Positions 1-8,091 of a DNA stretch of 25,882 bases are shown here, piece after piece. The notes beneath the pieces are model-generated. The model was not told the origin of the DNA and made no database searches. It saw only the letters and a program-made list of their open reading frames with translations. The position numbers and the translations under genes were made by a program. The DNA lies in assembly GCA_964244895.1 (NCBI GenBank), contig CAXTKV010000053.1, positions 1-25,882 on the forward strand, in the 5' to 3' direction. Positions within the stretch are counted from its first letter, which is position 1, and each line of letters opens with the position of its first letter. This DNA is from an uncultured Deinococcales bacterium. GTDB lineage: Bacteria > Deinococcota > Deinococci > Deinococcales > JAAFIG01.

Positions 1-1
1 T

Positions 2-127
2 AATACAAACGAGTTGAATCAATTTGGAATTGGTGAACTCTCGCAACTAGAGTTTATGAAATTTGAGGATATTGTAAATATTCAATCTTCGACCAGGGTT
101 CTGATAAAGCGAAAATACTATCCCTGA
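2..127 (+). CDS. 3' end of an AT-rich gene running in from the left edge (product unknown)
   Basis: Open frame from position 2 (NTNELNQFGIGELSQLEFMKFEDIVNIQSSTRVLIKRKYYP) ending at TGA 125-127; much lower GC than the rest of the window; not in the ORF track. Confidence 0.5.
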   Translation, partial: NTNELNQFGIGELSQLEFMKFEDIVNIQSSTRVLIKRKYYP

Positions 128-300
128 ATCCCAGTTCACGAACCTATTTTGTACATACCATCCTCAAACACATCATTACACTTTGAGGAGGAATACCCAT
201 GCTTTCTATCTTGTTTAGAGCGCGAGACAGGTGTACTCGAAAGTAATCTTATAGCAGCTACCTGCGATATATGATGTTTCCGCCCTATTCGAGAGCTTCG

Positions 301-414
301 TCAGAGCTGCCTTACCTTTCTCTGTAGCTGCTCCAGCGGCAATGCTGCTTCCATTGGTTGCTCCTCGAAGTCGTGCGTGTACACCTGCAAGATTGCTTCG
401 GTGCTACCCCGGTG
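301..414 (-). pseudogene. C-terminal remnant of a tyrosine recombinase/integrase
   Basis: Manual translation HRGSTEAILQVYTHDFEEQPMEAALPLEQLQRKVRQL*. LQVYTH..EEQ..EAA resembles the catalytic-Tyr helix and tail of phage integrases. It is preceded by an in-frame TAG and has no start codon upstream of the motif. Confidence 0.55.
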
Positions 415-508
415 CTACCACCTGTTTCTCGAGACTCGAGACATATCAAAAGCTTGCGTGCCAGACGGCGACAATTGTGCCGCCGCCCGGTGCTACTGTG
501 GTGCTACC
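400..508. repeat. Two pairs of GGTGCTAC direct repeats, candidate integrase arm-type sites
   Basis: GGTGCTAC at 400, 411, 489 and 500; both pairs spaced exactly 11 bp. Confidence 0.6.
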
Positions 509-657
509 CGCCGCTGCATCGCCTTGCAAACAGTTCGTGATGTCTCGAGATTCGCGTTCCTGACAGTGTTCCACAACGCAACTTTGAGTGGCCCGAGTTG
601 TACAATCTGACTGTTCTTGAAACTCAAGCCTTACAGAAAAGCTTCGTCAAAAACAAA

Positions 658-710
658 AACACCGTCCAGCACACACTTCTAAATTCGCGTGCCAGACGGT
701 GTTTCTCGAG
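658..710. repeat. Palindromic REP-like element, copy downstream of gltB
   Basis: AACACCGTCCAGCAC (658-672) and GTGCCAGACGGTGTT (689-703), followed by CTCGAG (705-710). Degenerate right arms also at about 456-470 and 553-570. Confidence 0.85.
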
Positions 711-719
711 GAATCTCTT

Positions 720-3700
720 TTACTCCGTGCTGACGCTCGCGTCCACCTGCTGGTTGGCGGGCACAACCATGCGGAAGTGCGCGGCGGGATCGACCAGCAA
801 CTCCGCGACGCGGCGCGCGGCATCGGATTGCTCGCTGTTGACCAGGGCTTCGTGGTACGCGCCCAGCAATTCGCGCACGTCACCGATGCCGTGATCGTTG
901 AGCTTGTAAAGCTTGACCAGCGCGCCTTTCGCCAGTCGGCGCTGAAGGGCCGCATCATCTAATCCCAGGCTCGGTTCATGGCGCAGGTAGACCACGCCGC
1001 CCGTCATGCCGCTGCAAATCCACGGCCCCGGATCGCCCAGCACGACCACGCGACCCATGGTCATGTACTCGAACGCGAAACCCTTGGCGTTGGCTCGGGC
1101 CGCCAGCATCCCGAGGTGGTCTTCCAGGGGTTTCTTGACCTCGCCGCCCAGCACCACGTCCGCGCCGGAAAGCCGGATGCAGAAGCGGCTATCCGCGTCG
1201 CCCTGCACGATGAACGATCCGCCGATCGCGCCGTAGCCGAAGCTCTTGCCGACCGATCCGTCCACGCGCACGCCCTGGTCGTTCAATCCCTTCAGCACGA
1301 CGACCTTGCCGCCGAACGATCCCTTGCCGACGCCGTCCTGCGCGCCGCCGTCGACCAGAATCTCGAGCTGATCGGTGTTGAAGGCGGCCAGACCGTTGCC
1401 GGGAATGCTGCCGGAATCGAAGTACAGTTTCGCCCGTTCGAGCTTCATCTTGGGGTCGTTCTTGCGGCGCGAAAGCTCACCGGTCAGGTGCGTGCCCAGA
1501 GCGCGGTCGGCGCTCTGCACGGGGCCGTCCTGGTAGACCAGGCGGTCTTCTCCGCTCACGGCGGCTTCCGTCAGCCAGCTCGAGACCATCCGGGTCAGGC
1601 TATTCAAGGGCTTGCGGATGATCCGGCCCGTGTCCTTGCTGGGCAAGGCCAGCGGTTCGATGTTCTCGAGCAAATACGCCAGGTCGAGCTTGTCCTTGTG
1701 GACGAACTGCGCCAGGTGTTCGACGCGCCCGACCATGTCCTGAAGGCGAGCGTACCCCAGGGTCGCGATCATGGCGCGAACCTCACTGGCCATACCGCTA
1801 AAGAACCGCATGAGTTGATCCACGGCGCGATCGTACTCGCGCGGAACCCAGCGCTTCATGCCCTTGTGGTCGGCCTCTTCCTGGGTTTCGACCTGCGTGG
1901 CGATACCGACGTGGCAGGTGTCCAGCTGGCAGCCGCGACAGATCGTGCAGCCGATGGCGGCCATCGGAACCGTGCCGAAGGCCACCCGGTTGGCACCCAG
2001 GCAGACCATCTTGATCACGTCCAGCGCGGTCTTCATGCCGCCGTCCACCCAGAGTTCGACCTTGTCGCGGATGCCCGCCGCGACCAGCGCACGGTGGGCG
2101 CGGCGCAAGCCCAGTTCGGCGGGCATGCCCGCATACTTGAGCGCGTGCGCTCGGGCCGCACCCGTGCCACCCTCGAAGCCGGAGAGGGTGATCACGTCGG
2201 CTCCAGCTTTAGCGATGCCGACGGCGATCGTGCCGATGCTGGGCACGACCGGCACCTTGACGCAGACCTTGGCATAGGGGTTGATGGTCTTCAATTCCTC
2301 GATCAGTTGCGCCAGGTCTTCGATGCTGTACAGGTCGTGGTTGTTGCTGGGCGAGATCAAGTCCACGCCCGGCACAGCGTGGCGAGCCTTAGCGACCTTC
2401 TCCGTGACTTTCGATCCGGGCAGGTGGCCGCCCTCGCCGGGTTTCGCGCCCTGACCGATCTTAATCTCGATGAACCCCGCCGAATTGAGCATTTCGCTCG
2501 AGACACCGAAACGACCCGAGGCGACCTGCTGACCGCGCCAGCGCACGTAGCGCCCGATCATATCGGCGATCTCGCCGCCCTCGCCGTTCATGGCGACCAT
2601 GTCCAGGCGCTTGGCGGCCTCCGGGTAGGCGCGGAAGGCGGTCTCACCCTGGGAGCCGAAGCTCATGCCGGAGATCACGAAGGGCAGGCTGTGCTTGCCC
2701 GCACTGATGTCGATCTCTTCAGAGAGGCGCTGTTCTTCTTCGGTCGATGGCCCTTCTAAACCCTTGACTTCTAAAAGGTTGCGGGCCGCGACCGGGAACT
2801 CGAGTTCCAGGCTTCGCACGCGGGCGGTGTAATCGCTGTGCGTGATCTCGCCGTTGGCGGCGGCGAAAACGTGCTTGTAGACGCGCGTGTTCAAGCGCGC
2901 GTCGCGTTGCAGGCTGGCCGCGCCGAGTTGCCACTGGTGGCGGCGATCCATCATGGTGGTCTCGAGTTCCGCCATGCCGTAGCCGTTCTTGTCCGAGGCC
3001 AGGAAGGATCGCACGCCCAACCTGTCAGCCAGGTCGGGCTTGAGGCCGATGGCGGCGAAGATCCGCCCGTAGCCGCGCAGTTCCGAGATGCCCATCGTGC
3101 TCATGACCTTCTCGCAGCCCTTGGTCAAACCGGACACGAGCTTGGCGGCGCGCTCCGTACCATTTTCTGCGGTGATGGGCGCGAACATGTCGAACATTAG
3201 CCAGGGTTCCACGGCGTCCGCTCCCAACCCCAGCATGACCATCACGTCGTGCAGGTTGCGGATCGCGCCGGAAGAAATGATCAGGCTGGTCGTGCGGCGC
3301 AACGAGACGCCCGCATCGGATCTCGCCTCGAGCGCGCGGTTGGCTTCCGCCACGGCCAGCGCCGGGTCAATCGGCACGTTGCCGGATTTGAACACGCCGC
3401 GATCCTCTAAAACGATCAGTTCCGCTCCTGCTTTCGCGGCGCCCACGACGGCCTCGCGCAGCCGATCCAGGGCTTTCTCGAGCGGTTCGCCGAAGCCGCC
3501 CTCGACCTCGCGTTCGGCGCGGATGTATGTCGTGGCCAGGGTTTCCTGGAGTTCCGCGATGGTTACGGTTCCGGCGGCCTTGGCGGTTTCCTCGTCCAGC
3601 GGCAAAATTGGCGTGATGATCTCGACCACCGTGCCGCCGTGCTTGCCATCGGGCAGGGCGCGCCGCCCGAGGATCACGCGGGTGCTGAACTGTTCGATCT

Positions 3701-5321
3701 CGCGCTCGCGGTCAATCGCGGGGTTGGTCACGACCGCGACGGTCTCTTTCATGAACTCCGCCAGGTTCGCTGCGGGTGCGCGCAGCGCGGCCAGCGGCCC
3801 GTCGAAACCCAGGCTCGAGATCGGCTCGTTGCCGCGCTCGGTGATGGCCTTGACGTACTCCTCGTCCCATTTTTCCCAGCCGAAGGCGGCTGGGGCGGCG
3901 CTCGATGGCGTGTGCATCTCGGCGCGTTCGGCTTCCGAAAAACGCTCGCGCGGGGTCGGGCGCTTCAACGGCCCGCCGATGTGGGCGCGCGCGCCGACCA
4001 TCACGGCCTCGCGGTTGTGGACGCGTTCCAGCAAGAGGCGCTGCGCCTCGTGATGCGGCATCGGTTGAACGCTGCCGGGGCGCATGGTGACGGCCATCTT
4101 CTCGCCGGGCGCGAGCGGCCTGGGATCGGTCACGAACGCACCCAATGGCAGCACGCCGCGCTCAGAAGACCAGAAGAATTCTTTTTCGGTTTCACCGAAC
4201 CACAAGGGGCGCAAGCCGAGCGCGTCCACAGAAAACGCACACTCGTTGCCGTGGCGCATGACGAGCGCCGCTGGCCCCTGCGCGAGCGGCCCGAAGGCTT
4301 GGCGCAAGCCCATGTACGTGTCCTGCAATGCGGGGCTGAAAGTCTTGATCTCGCCGAGCACGGGCGGGAAGGCCATCTCGAGCGCCTCGAACAGTGACAA
4401 TCCGTAGGCGTACATCACACCTTCCAGCACGCGGTTCAGGTCTTGCGAATCCGAACCGCCGGTCAGCGGGATGCCCAACTGTTCACCCTCGCGCCGCAGG
4501 CGTTCGATGGTGTTGATCTCGCCGTTGTGGCCGAGCAAACTGAAGGGCTGCACCTGTTCGAACGTGCTCATCGTGTTGGTGCTGTAGCGGTTGTGCCCGA
4601 CCGTGCTGACCGATTCAAAGTCTGGGCGGCGCAATTCCGGGTAGTACCGATCCAGAATTTCGGCGCTGCCGCGCACCTTGTACACGACCGCGTGTGTGGA
4701 TTGCGAGACGACGTGGACGGGCGTGTTCGTCTCGAGTTCCAGGTCGAGCTGAAACAACTTCCCGGCGCGTTCGTTGTCCGTTTCGCCCTCGACGATGCCC
4801 GCGACCTGGTAAAAGACGGGTTCCGTCAGGCTGGCCATCGGCCCCAGCACGCTGCTGTGGGTCTGACCGCGACGCTCCAACAGCACGCGCACGCCGTACT
4901 TTCCGGCGCGGGCGCGCAGGTGATCCAGCACGTCTCTGGGGTTGATGGAAACGGGAATGAAGTAATGACCGACGAAGAAACCGGGGTCATTCACCAGGTT
5001 GACCTCGAGCCCGGCCTGAGCGATCCATTCGCGCCAGAGTTTGCGCGGGATGTCCGTCATCACGCCGCAGCCGTCACCCTCGCCGCGCACCTCACCGGAA
5101 CGGTGCGCCATCTGCGAGAGCGCCTGGATGGCGCGTTTGACGTTGCCGTGCGTGGGCGTGCCGGTCTTGCGCACCGTCGCGATAATGCCGCAGGCGTCGT
5201 GACCGATGGGTTCACGCAGCGCGTTGGGGATGATTTTCTCGAGGCGCGCGCGTTCAGCTTGACGGTACAGGCTCCCCCGCTTCTGAGCATCGCGGTGCTG
5301 GACGGGCTTGGAATCGGTCAT
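720..5321 (-). CDS. gltB: Glutamate synthase large subunit
   Basis: N-terminal DACG (Ntn amidotransferase Cys), HNRYSTNT, HNGEINT, GMSFGS, QVASGRFGV, EIKIGQGAKPGEGGHLPG, Fe-S Cys cluster and GXGXG C-terminal domain (EYMTMG). Start placed at ATG 5321 behind GGAGGGAG; ATG 5342 is the alternative. Confidence 0.97.
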   Translation of the reverse strand: MTDSKPVQHRDAQKRGSLYRQAERARLEKIIPNALREPIGHDACGIIATVRKTGTPTHGNVKRAIQALSQMAHRSGEVRGEGDGCGVMTDIPRKLWREWIAQAGLEVNLVNDPGFFVGHYFIPVSINPRDVLDHLRARAGKYGVRVLLERRGQTHSSVLGPMASLTEPVFYQVAGIVEGETDNERAGKLFQLDLELETNTPVHVVSQSTHAVVYKVRGSAEILDRYYPELRRPDFESVSTVGHNRYSTNTMSTFEQVQPFSLLGHNGEINTIERLRREGEQLGIPLTGGSDSQDLNRVLEGVMYAYGLSLFEALEMAFPPVLGEIKTFSPALQDTYMGLRQAFGPLAQGPAALVMRHGNECAFSVDALGLRPLWFGETEKEFFWSSERGVLPLGAFVTDPRPLAPGEKMAVTMRPGSVQPMPHHEAQRLLLERVHNREAVMVGARAHIGGPLKRPTPRERFSEAERAEMHTPSSAAPAAFGWEKWDEEYVKAITERGNEPISSLGFDGPLAALRAPAANLAEFMKETVAVVTNPAIDREREIEQFSTRVILGRRALPDGKHGGTVVEIITPILPLDEETAKAAGTVTIAELQETLATTYIRAEREVEGGFGEPLEKALDRLREAVVGAAKAGAELIVLEDRGVFKSGNVPIDPALAVAEANRALEARSDAGVSLRRTTSLIISSGAIRNLHDVMVMLGLGADAVEPWLMFDMFAPITAENGTERAAKLVSGLTKGCEKVMSTMGISELRGYGRIFAAIGLKPDLADRLGVRSFLASDKNGYGMAELETTMMDRRHQWQLGAASLQRDARLNTRVYKHVFAAANGEITHSDYTARVRSLELEFPVAARNLLEVKGLEGPSTEEEQRLSEEIDISAGKHSLPFVISGMSFGSQGETAFRAYPEAAKRLDMVAMNGEGGEIADMIGRYVRWRGQQVASGRFGVSSEMLNSAGFIEIKIGQGAKPGEGGHLPGSKVTEKVAKARHAVPGVDLISPSNNHDLYSIEDLAQLIEELKTINPYAKVCVKVPVVPSIGTIAVGIAKAGADVITLSGFEGGTGAARAHALKYAGMPAELGLRRAHRALVAAGIRDKVELWVDGGMKTALDVIKMVCLGANRVAFGTVPMAAIGCTICRGCQLDTCHVGIATQVETQEEADHKGMKRWVPREYDRAVDQLMRFFSGMASEVRAMIATLGYARLQDMVGRVEHLAQFVHKDKLDLAYLLENIEPLALPSKDTGRIIRKPLNSLTRMVSSWLTEAAVSGEDRLVYQDGPVQSADRALGTHLTGELSRRKNDPKMKLERAKLYFDSGSIPGNGLAAFNTDQLEILVDGGAQDGVGKGSFGGKVVVLKGLNDQGVRVDGSVGKSFGYGAIGGSFIVQGDADSRFCIRLSGADVVLGGEVKKPLEDHLGMLAARANAKGFAFEYMTMGRVVVLGDPGPWICSGMTGGVVYLRHEPSLGLDDAALQRRLAKGALVKLYKLNDHGIGDVRELLGAYHEALVNSEQSDAARRVAELLVDPAAHFRMVVPANQQVDASVSTE

Positions 5322-5431
5322 CGGCACTCCCTCCTGGGACATTCCTGGGCTGTTCGGGTTGATGCAGCGTCAGTGGCGAAAATGGCTCGAGCCCGGAGCT
5401 TTCGGGCGTCGAGCCGCGGTGACGTCGGATG

Positions 5432-5461
5432 AGTATACGAAAATGCGGAATAACGAGTCAA
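5432..5461 (-). promoter_or_regulatory. Sigma70-type promoter for gltB
   Basis: Minus strand TTGACT-18 nt-TATACT. Confidence 0.7.
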
Positions 5462-5716
5462 TCGCGTTTCTGGGCGAAATGTCCCGACGGGCACGCGAAA
5501 AAGATTCTTTGCAGCTCGTGCTCAGTATTCACGAACGCTCGAGATCTTGCATTCGGTGGTCGTTCGTCGGGAAATTCGTGCAGCCCGAGAGAATCCAAAT
5601 CGGTTCTCGGAACCGCAGTCGTAGGTCGTGTCGCACGTCTACGTGAGGCTCACTCGAAGAATGTTCTCGAGTCGATCTGAACACTTCGACGACGCCCCGA
5701 GCGAGCCATAGGTCAG

Positions 5717-5798
5717 AGAACCGTACCAGCGCGATGAATTCTTGTTTTCGCCGTGCTGAACGGTGTTCTTGAAGACCGCAAGCACCGTCCTGTACGCG
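5717..5798. repeat. Degenerate REP-like arms upstream of the tRNA promoter
   Basis: AGAACCGTACCAGCGCG (5717), CGTGCTGAACGGTGTTCT (5752-5769), AGCACCGTCCTGTACGCG (5781-5798). Confidence 0.7.
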
Positions 5799-5866
5799 AA
5801 TTGATCGATAACACAAAAACAGTGTTCTGGTCGGTGTTCCTATCTGCTTCACCGCCTAAACCCGAG

Positions 5867-5895
5867 TTGACACGCCCAAACCGCGATGGTACATT
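5867..5895 (+). promoter_or_regulatory. Sigma70 promoter of the tRNA pair
   Basis: TTGACA-17 nt-TACATT with extended -10 TG. Confidence 0.85.
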
Positions 5896-5936
5896 ACGCC
5901 CTCGAGCGTCCGCGCTCGCGCCCATTTGGTCTGTCT

Positions 5937-6012
5937 GCCACCCTAGCTCAATTGGTAGAGCGCCCGATTTGTAATCGGAAGGTTGTCGGTTCGATTCCGA
6001 TGGGTGGCTCCA
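5937..6012 (+). tRNA. tRNA-Thr (TGT)
   Basis: Cloverleaf: acceptor GCCACCC/GGGTGGC, D arm GCTC/GAGC, anticodon loop TTTGTAA, T loop TTCGATT, encoded CCA. Confidence 0.96.
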
Positions 6013-6050
6013 GGTTCCACGCAGGATCCCGTTTGGCCGATGGTGGGTTC

Positions 6051-6136
6051 GGGTAGGTGCCCGAGTGGTTAAAGGGGACGGACTGTAAATCCGTTGGCTT
6101 ACGCCTACGATGGTTCGAATCCATCCCTGCCCACCA
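6051..6136 (+). tRNA. tRNA-Tyr (GTA)
   Basis: Acceptor GGGTAGG/CCTGCCC, anticodon arm ACGGA-CTGTAAA-TCCGT, long variable arm, T loop TTCGAAT, encoded CCA. Confidence 0.97.
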
Positions 6137-6140
6137 CGAG

Positions 6141-6168
6141 AACGCCCCCGCACCAATCGGGGGCGTTT
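6141..6168 (+). terminator. Hairpin terminator after tRNA-Tyr
   Basis: AACGCCCCCG-caccaat-CGGGGGCGTT followed by only a short T run. Confidence 0.7.
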
Positions 6169-6245
6169 GCCATTGTCACGGCTTCTGTACTTCTCGCGAT
6201 CGTGCGGCCTCGAGTCTCCTTTCGAGATCGTGAAAGAAGCGATTT

Positions 6246-6287
6246 GCGTGCTGGACAGTGTTTTTCTAGCGAACACCGTTCAGCGCG
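6246..6287. repeat. REP-like element with arms in reversed order
   Basis: GCGTGCTGGACAGTGTT (6246-6262), then GAACACCGTTCAGCGCG (6271-6287). Confidence 0.8.
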
Positions 6288-6401
6288 GTGTCTGTGTATG
6301 GCTCGAGCCCGAGGCGCACGTTTTGACTCGAGGCTGATGATCTTTAGCAACCAATCTAACGGTTCAGATCAAATCAGTTAGCAGTATTTGTTATTCAGGA
6401 C

Positions 6402-6431
6402 TTGACATTTCGCCAGAAGTGATCCTAAGAT
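6402..6431 (+). promoter_or_regulatory. Sigma70 promoter for the SHOCT-like/DUF2089 operon
   Basis: TTGACA-18 nt-TAAGAT, with an AT-rich region upstream. Confidence 0.7.
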
Positions 6432-6487
6432 TCTTCAAACGAACGGCGAAAACCGCCAAGGGTCTGAAAACCCGCGAAAGGAGCACC

Positions 6488-7354
6488 ATGACCGCCAACG
6501 AACGAACCCGCGTCCTCGAGATGGTCGCCAAGGGAACCATCAGCATCGAACAAGCAGATCAACTGCTTGAGGCGCTGGAAAGTGCAAACAGGCGAAGTGA
6601 CGTATCGGAAACGCCGGAGGCACCAGCGGAGGACGAATCCTGGAAACGCTCTGGGCCGAACTGGGCGCGCAATGCGCAGCAATGGGGACGTTTTGGGCAA
6701 GAGTTCGGGCGCAGATTCAACCAACCGCCCGAGCCACCGCATCCGCCCACCATGCCCAGACCGCCGCGCCCACCGCGCCCACCGCGCCCACCTCGAGCCC
6801 CAAAGGGCGTGGGGGGCGGCAAGCTCAGCTTCGAGCAGATGATCGAACTGGGCAAATTTGGCATCAGCGCGAACTTCGTGCGGCAACTCGGAGAAGCCGG
6901 ACTGAGCGAGCTCTCGTTCGACGAAATCATCGAGCTGGGCAAGTTCGGGATCGACGCGGATTACGTGATCGAATTGCGAAAACTGGCCGATGAAATGGGA
7001 TCGGGCGAGTTGACGGTGGATCGGATTATCGAGCTGGGCAAGTTCGGTGTGAACCCCGAAAACGTGCGCGAGATGCTCCAGAGCGGATTGTTCGACCTGA
7101 GCAAGATGACCGACCGCGACGTGGAACGCCAGGATCGCAGGCGCGCGAGGGTCGAGGCGAAACTGGCCAAAATCCACACCAGGCTCGAACACACCGGCAC
7201 CGAGCGCGACCGGCAAAAACTCCGCGAGATGGCGCAAGAACTTCAGGATGAGCTCGAGGAAGTCGAAACCATGCGCGCGGAAATCGAGAAAGAGGTCGAA
7301 ACCGATGCCGAACTTCGAGCTGACGCGCCTGAAACCGAGCGCGACCAGGCGTGA
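6488..7354 (+). CDS. Protein with N-terminal SHOCT-like domain, Pro-rich linker, three helical IELGKFG repeats and a C-terminal coiled coil
   Basis: ATG 6488 behind AAGGAG. ERTRVLEMVAKGTISIEQADQLLEAL matches the YvlB/LiaX-type N-terminal SHOCT-like motif; PPR repeats; three copies of L(S/T)xxxxIELGKFG(I/V). Confidence 0.85.
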   Translation: MTANERTRVLEMVAKGTISIEQADQLLEALESANRRSDVSETPEAPAEDESWKRSGPNWARNAQQWGRFGQEFGRRFNQPPEPPHPPTMPRPPRPPRPPRPPRAPKGVGGGKLSFEQMIELGKFGISANFVRQLGEAGLSELSFDEIIELGKFGIDADYVIELRKLADEMGSGELTVDRIIELGKFGVNPENVREMLQSGLFDLSKMTDRDVERQDRRRARVEAKLAKIHTRLEHTGTERDRQKLREMAQELQDELEEVETMRAEIEKEVETDAELRADAPETERDQA

Positions 7355-7740
7355 AACGCCACCTGGAACGCTACCCGCTCTTGACGCGCGACCCGGTGAC
7401 GGGCGAGGAATTGACCGTGACCCGCCTCGAGAACCGCGCTCGAGGGCTCGTGCTGGAAGCTGAATTCAGCCTCGGCTGGATCGCCAAATTGACGCCCGAC
7501 CAACTCGAATTCGCGGGCTTGCTGCTGCGCTACCGGGGCAACGTGCAGAAGCTCGCCAACGAGATGGGCGTGGCCTACAACACCGCCCGCTCGAGGCTGG
7601 ACGCGATCGTCGAAGCGCTCGGCGGCGCACCGGACGATGCCAAGCTCGACAAATCCGAAGTGGACAAATCGAGCGTGCTCGAGCAGCTCGAGAAGGGCGA
7701 GATCACCTTTGAAGCCGCGATGAAATCCCTCAAAGGTTGA
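7351..7740 (+). CDS. DUF2089-family protein (zinc-ribbon-like region, HTH, SHOCT-like tail)
   Basis: GTGA overlap with the upstream gene. VTRL...EF.L..I.KLTPDQLEF.....RYRGNVQKLANEMGVAYNTARSRLDAIVEALG and VLEQLEKGEITFEAAMKSLK fit DUF2089. Confidence 0.88.
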   Translation: MKRHLERYPLLTRDPVTGEELTVTRLENRARGLVLEAEFSLGWIAKLTPDQLEFAGLLLRYRGNVQKLANEMGVAYNTARSRLDAIVEALGGAPDDAKLDKSEVDKSSVLEQLEKGEITFEAAMKSLKG

Positions 7741-7844
7741 GCGTTTCGCCCTGAATCGGGAACGGTATCTCGAGATCGCGTTTCGAGCGCGACGAAAGCC
7801 TTACGCGCCACGCGAAAGCGTAAACCCTGAAGGGCTGCCGTGCA

Positions 7845-7876
7845 CACTCCGTCTCGAAAGCACTCCGTCTCGAAAG
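7845..7876. repeat. 16-bp tandem duplication
   Basis: CACTCCGTCTCGAAAG twice, at 7845-7860 and 7861-7876. Confidence 0.9.
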
Positions 7877-8031
7877 ATCGTGACCGCTCGAGGGCGAACA
7901 TGGAGTTCGCCCCCACGCAGGCTGCGGGATGGCTCGAGCAAACTCGATGATCGCCAGAAATCCATATCGCTTTGCGTCCCGCAAAAGATGTCCGTTCAGT
8001 CGACCGAAACGATCAAGTCTCCCCCATCTGG

Positions 8032-8085
8032 CTCGAGAACACCGTCCAGCACCCATTCATAATCTCGCGTGCTGGACGGTGTTCT
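8032..8085. repeat. REP-like element, best-preserved copy
   Basis: CTCG, then AGAACACCGTCCAGCAC (8036-8052), a 16-nt loop and GTGCTGGACGGTGTTCT (8069-8085): a perfect 17-bp inverted repeat. Confidence 0.95.
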
Positions 8086-8091
8086 GAGCGC

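Noticed and set aside
342..610. Short plus-strand ORFs in the ORF track
   Set aside because: No RBS or motifs; the region is better explained by the integrase remnant, direct repeats and degenerate repeat arms.
978..5432. Long plus-strand ORFs opposite gltB (593, 321, 252 and 329 aa)
   Set aside because: Antisense shadows of a GC-rich gene, with no recognisable motifs.
5937..6136. tRNA genes as an island integration site
   Set aside because: No adjacent integrase, no duplicated tRNA 3' end found in the window, and downstream genes have host-like composition.
6336..6376. Weak inverted repeat upstream of the SHOCT-like/DUF2089 promoter as an operator
   Set aside because: Symmetry is too imperfect to support without comparative data.
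6761..6800. 9-bp tandem repeat as a separate DNA element
   Set aside because: It simply encodes the PPR linker of the SHOCT-like protein.
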